Shown: positions 34,754-35,016 of the stretch, piece after piece
Layout of the letters: every line of letters starts with the position of its first letter
How positions within the stretch are numbered: position 1 is the stretch's first letter
NCBI GenBank assembly: GCA_965230955.1
Contig: OZ246404.1
Location: forward strand, 648,410 to 683,425
Reading direction: 5' to 3'
Origin: an uncultured Candidatus Saccharibacteria bacterium
Lineage (GTDB): Bacteria > Patescibacteriota > CALEFQ01
DNA: 35,016 nucleotides
Notes under the pieces: model-generated
Told to the model about the DNA's origin: nothing
Databases searched by the model: none
The model's input: only the letters and a program-made list of their open reading frames with translations
Program-made: the position numbers and the translations under genes

Positions 34754-35016
34754 CTATTTTCTTTTAAAATTTTGCCAAGACTGGTCAACGAAATCATTAA
34801 TTTCTTTTTTGAAACGTTCGGTGCTGAATCTGAGCGCGTGATTATGAATGATCCGGGGATCAAAATCATGCGACCAAAAACGATTCAGCGCTCCCACCAA
34901 GCTGGCGACCGTTTGCTTTTCAAAGAGTACACCGGTCTGCCCGTCAATCACGGTTTCGAGCGCTCCGCCCTGAGCATAAGCGATCACCGGACGTCCCGAA
35001 GCCATCGCTTCGACGG
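34754..35016 (-). CDS. GT4 family glycosyltransferase, C-terminal part (5' end outside the window)
   Basis: [26 protein letters not shown]. Confidence 0.9.
   Translation of the reverse strand, partial: VEAMASGRPVIAYAQGGALETVIDGQTGVLFEKQTVASLVGALNRFWSHDFDPRIIHNHALRFSTERFKKEINDFVDQSWQNFKRK

Noticed and set aside
855-35005. The many 60-165 aa ORFs overlapping recognised genes on the opposite strand or in other frames
   Set aside because: Expected shadow ORFs in DNA of roughly 50% GC; none shows a recognisable domain

Overview
A 35 kb, gene-dense, mostly minus-strand stretch of a bacterial chromosome. Gene content (DUF4012 + MurJ + GT4 cluster, paired DUF881, Elp3, short XseA) suggests Patescibacteria/CPR; this taxonomy is inferred, not demonstrated. 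It holds housekeeping genes (fpg-like, mutL, mutS, xseAB, lepA, murJ, ftsB/divIC-like, prsA-like), three intact tRNAs (Thr-GGT, Thr-CGT, Gly-CCC), one decayed tRNA-Thr copy and a standalone structured ncRNA with its own sigma70 promoter and terminator (6S-like candidate). No transposase, integrase, CRISPR array or prophage gene is visible. Three things stand out. (1) A divergent Elp3 / Trm9(ALKBH8)-type methyltransferase pair whose start codons overlap in one CATG, a candidate bacterial version of the eukaryal/archaeal cm5U-to-mcm5U wobble pathway. (2) A dense population of very small DNA elements (GTAG-type REP hairpins, GAAGC/GCGTA hairpins docked on tRNA ends, perfect 18-20 bp palindromes, degenerate 7-mer tracts) that sit at gene termini, supply stop codons, get translated inside proteins and interrupt a tRNA copy. 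(3) An unannotated 30-aa membrane microprotein ORF that exactly fills an intergenic gap in antisense. All family calls come from motif recognition by eye; no searches were run.
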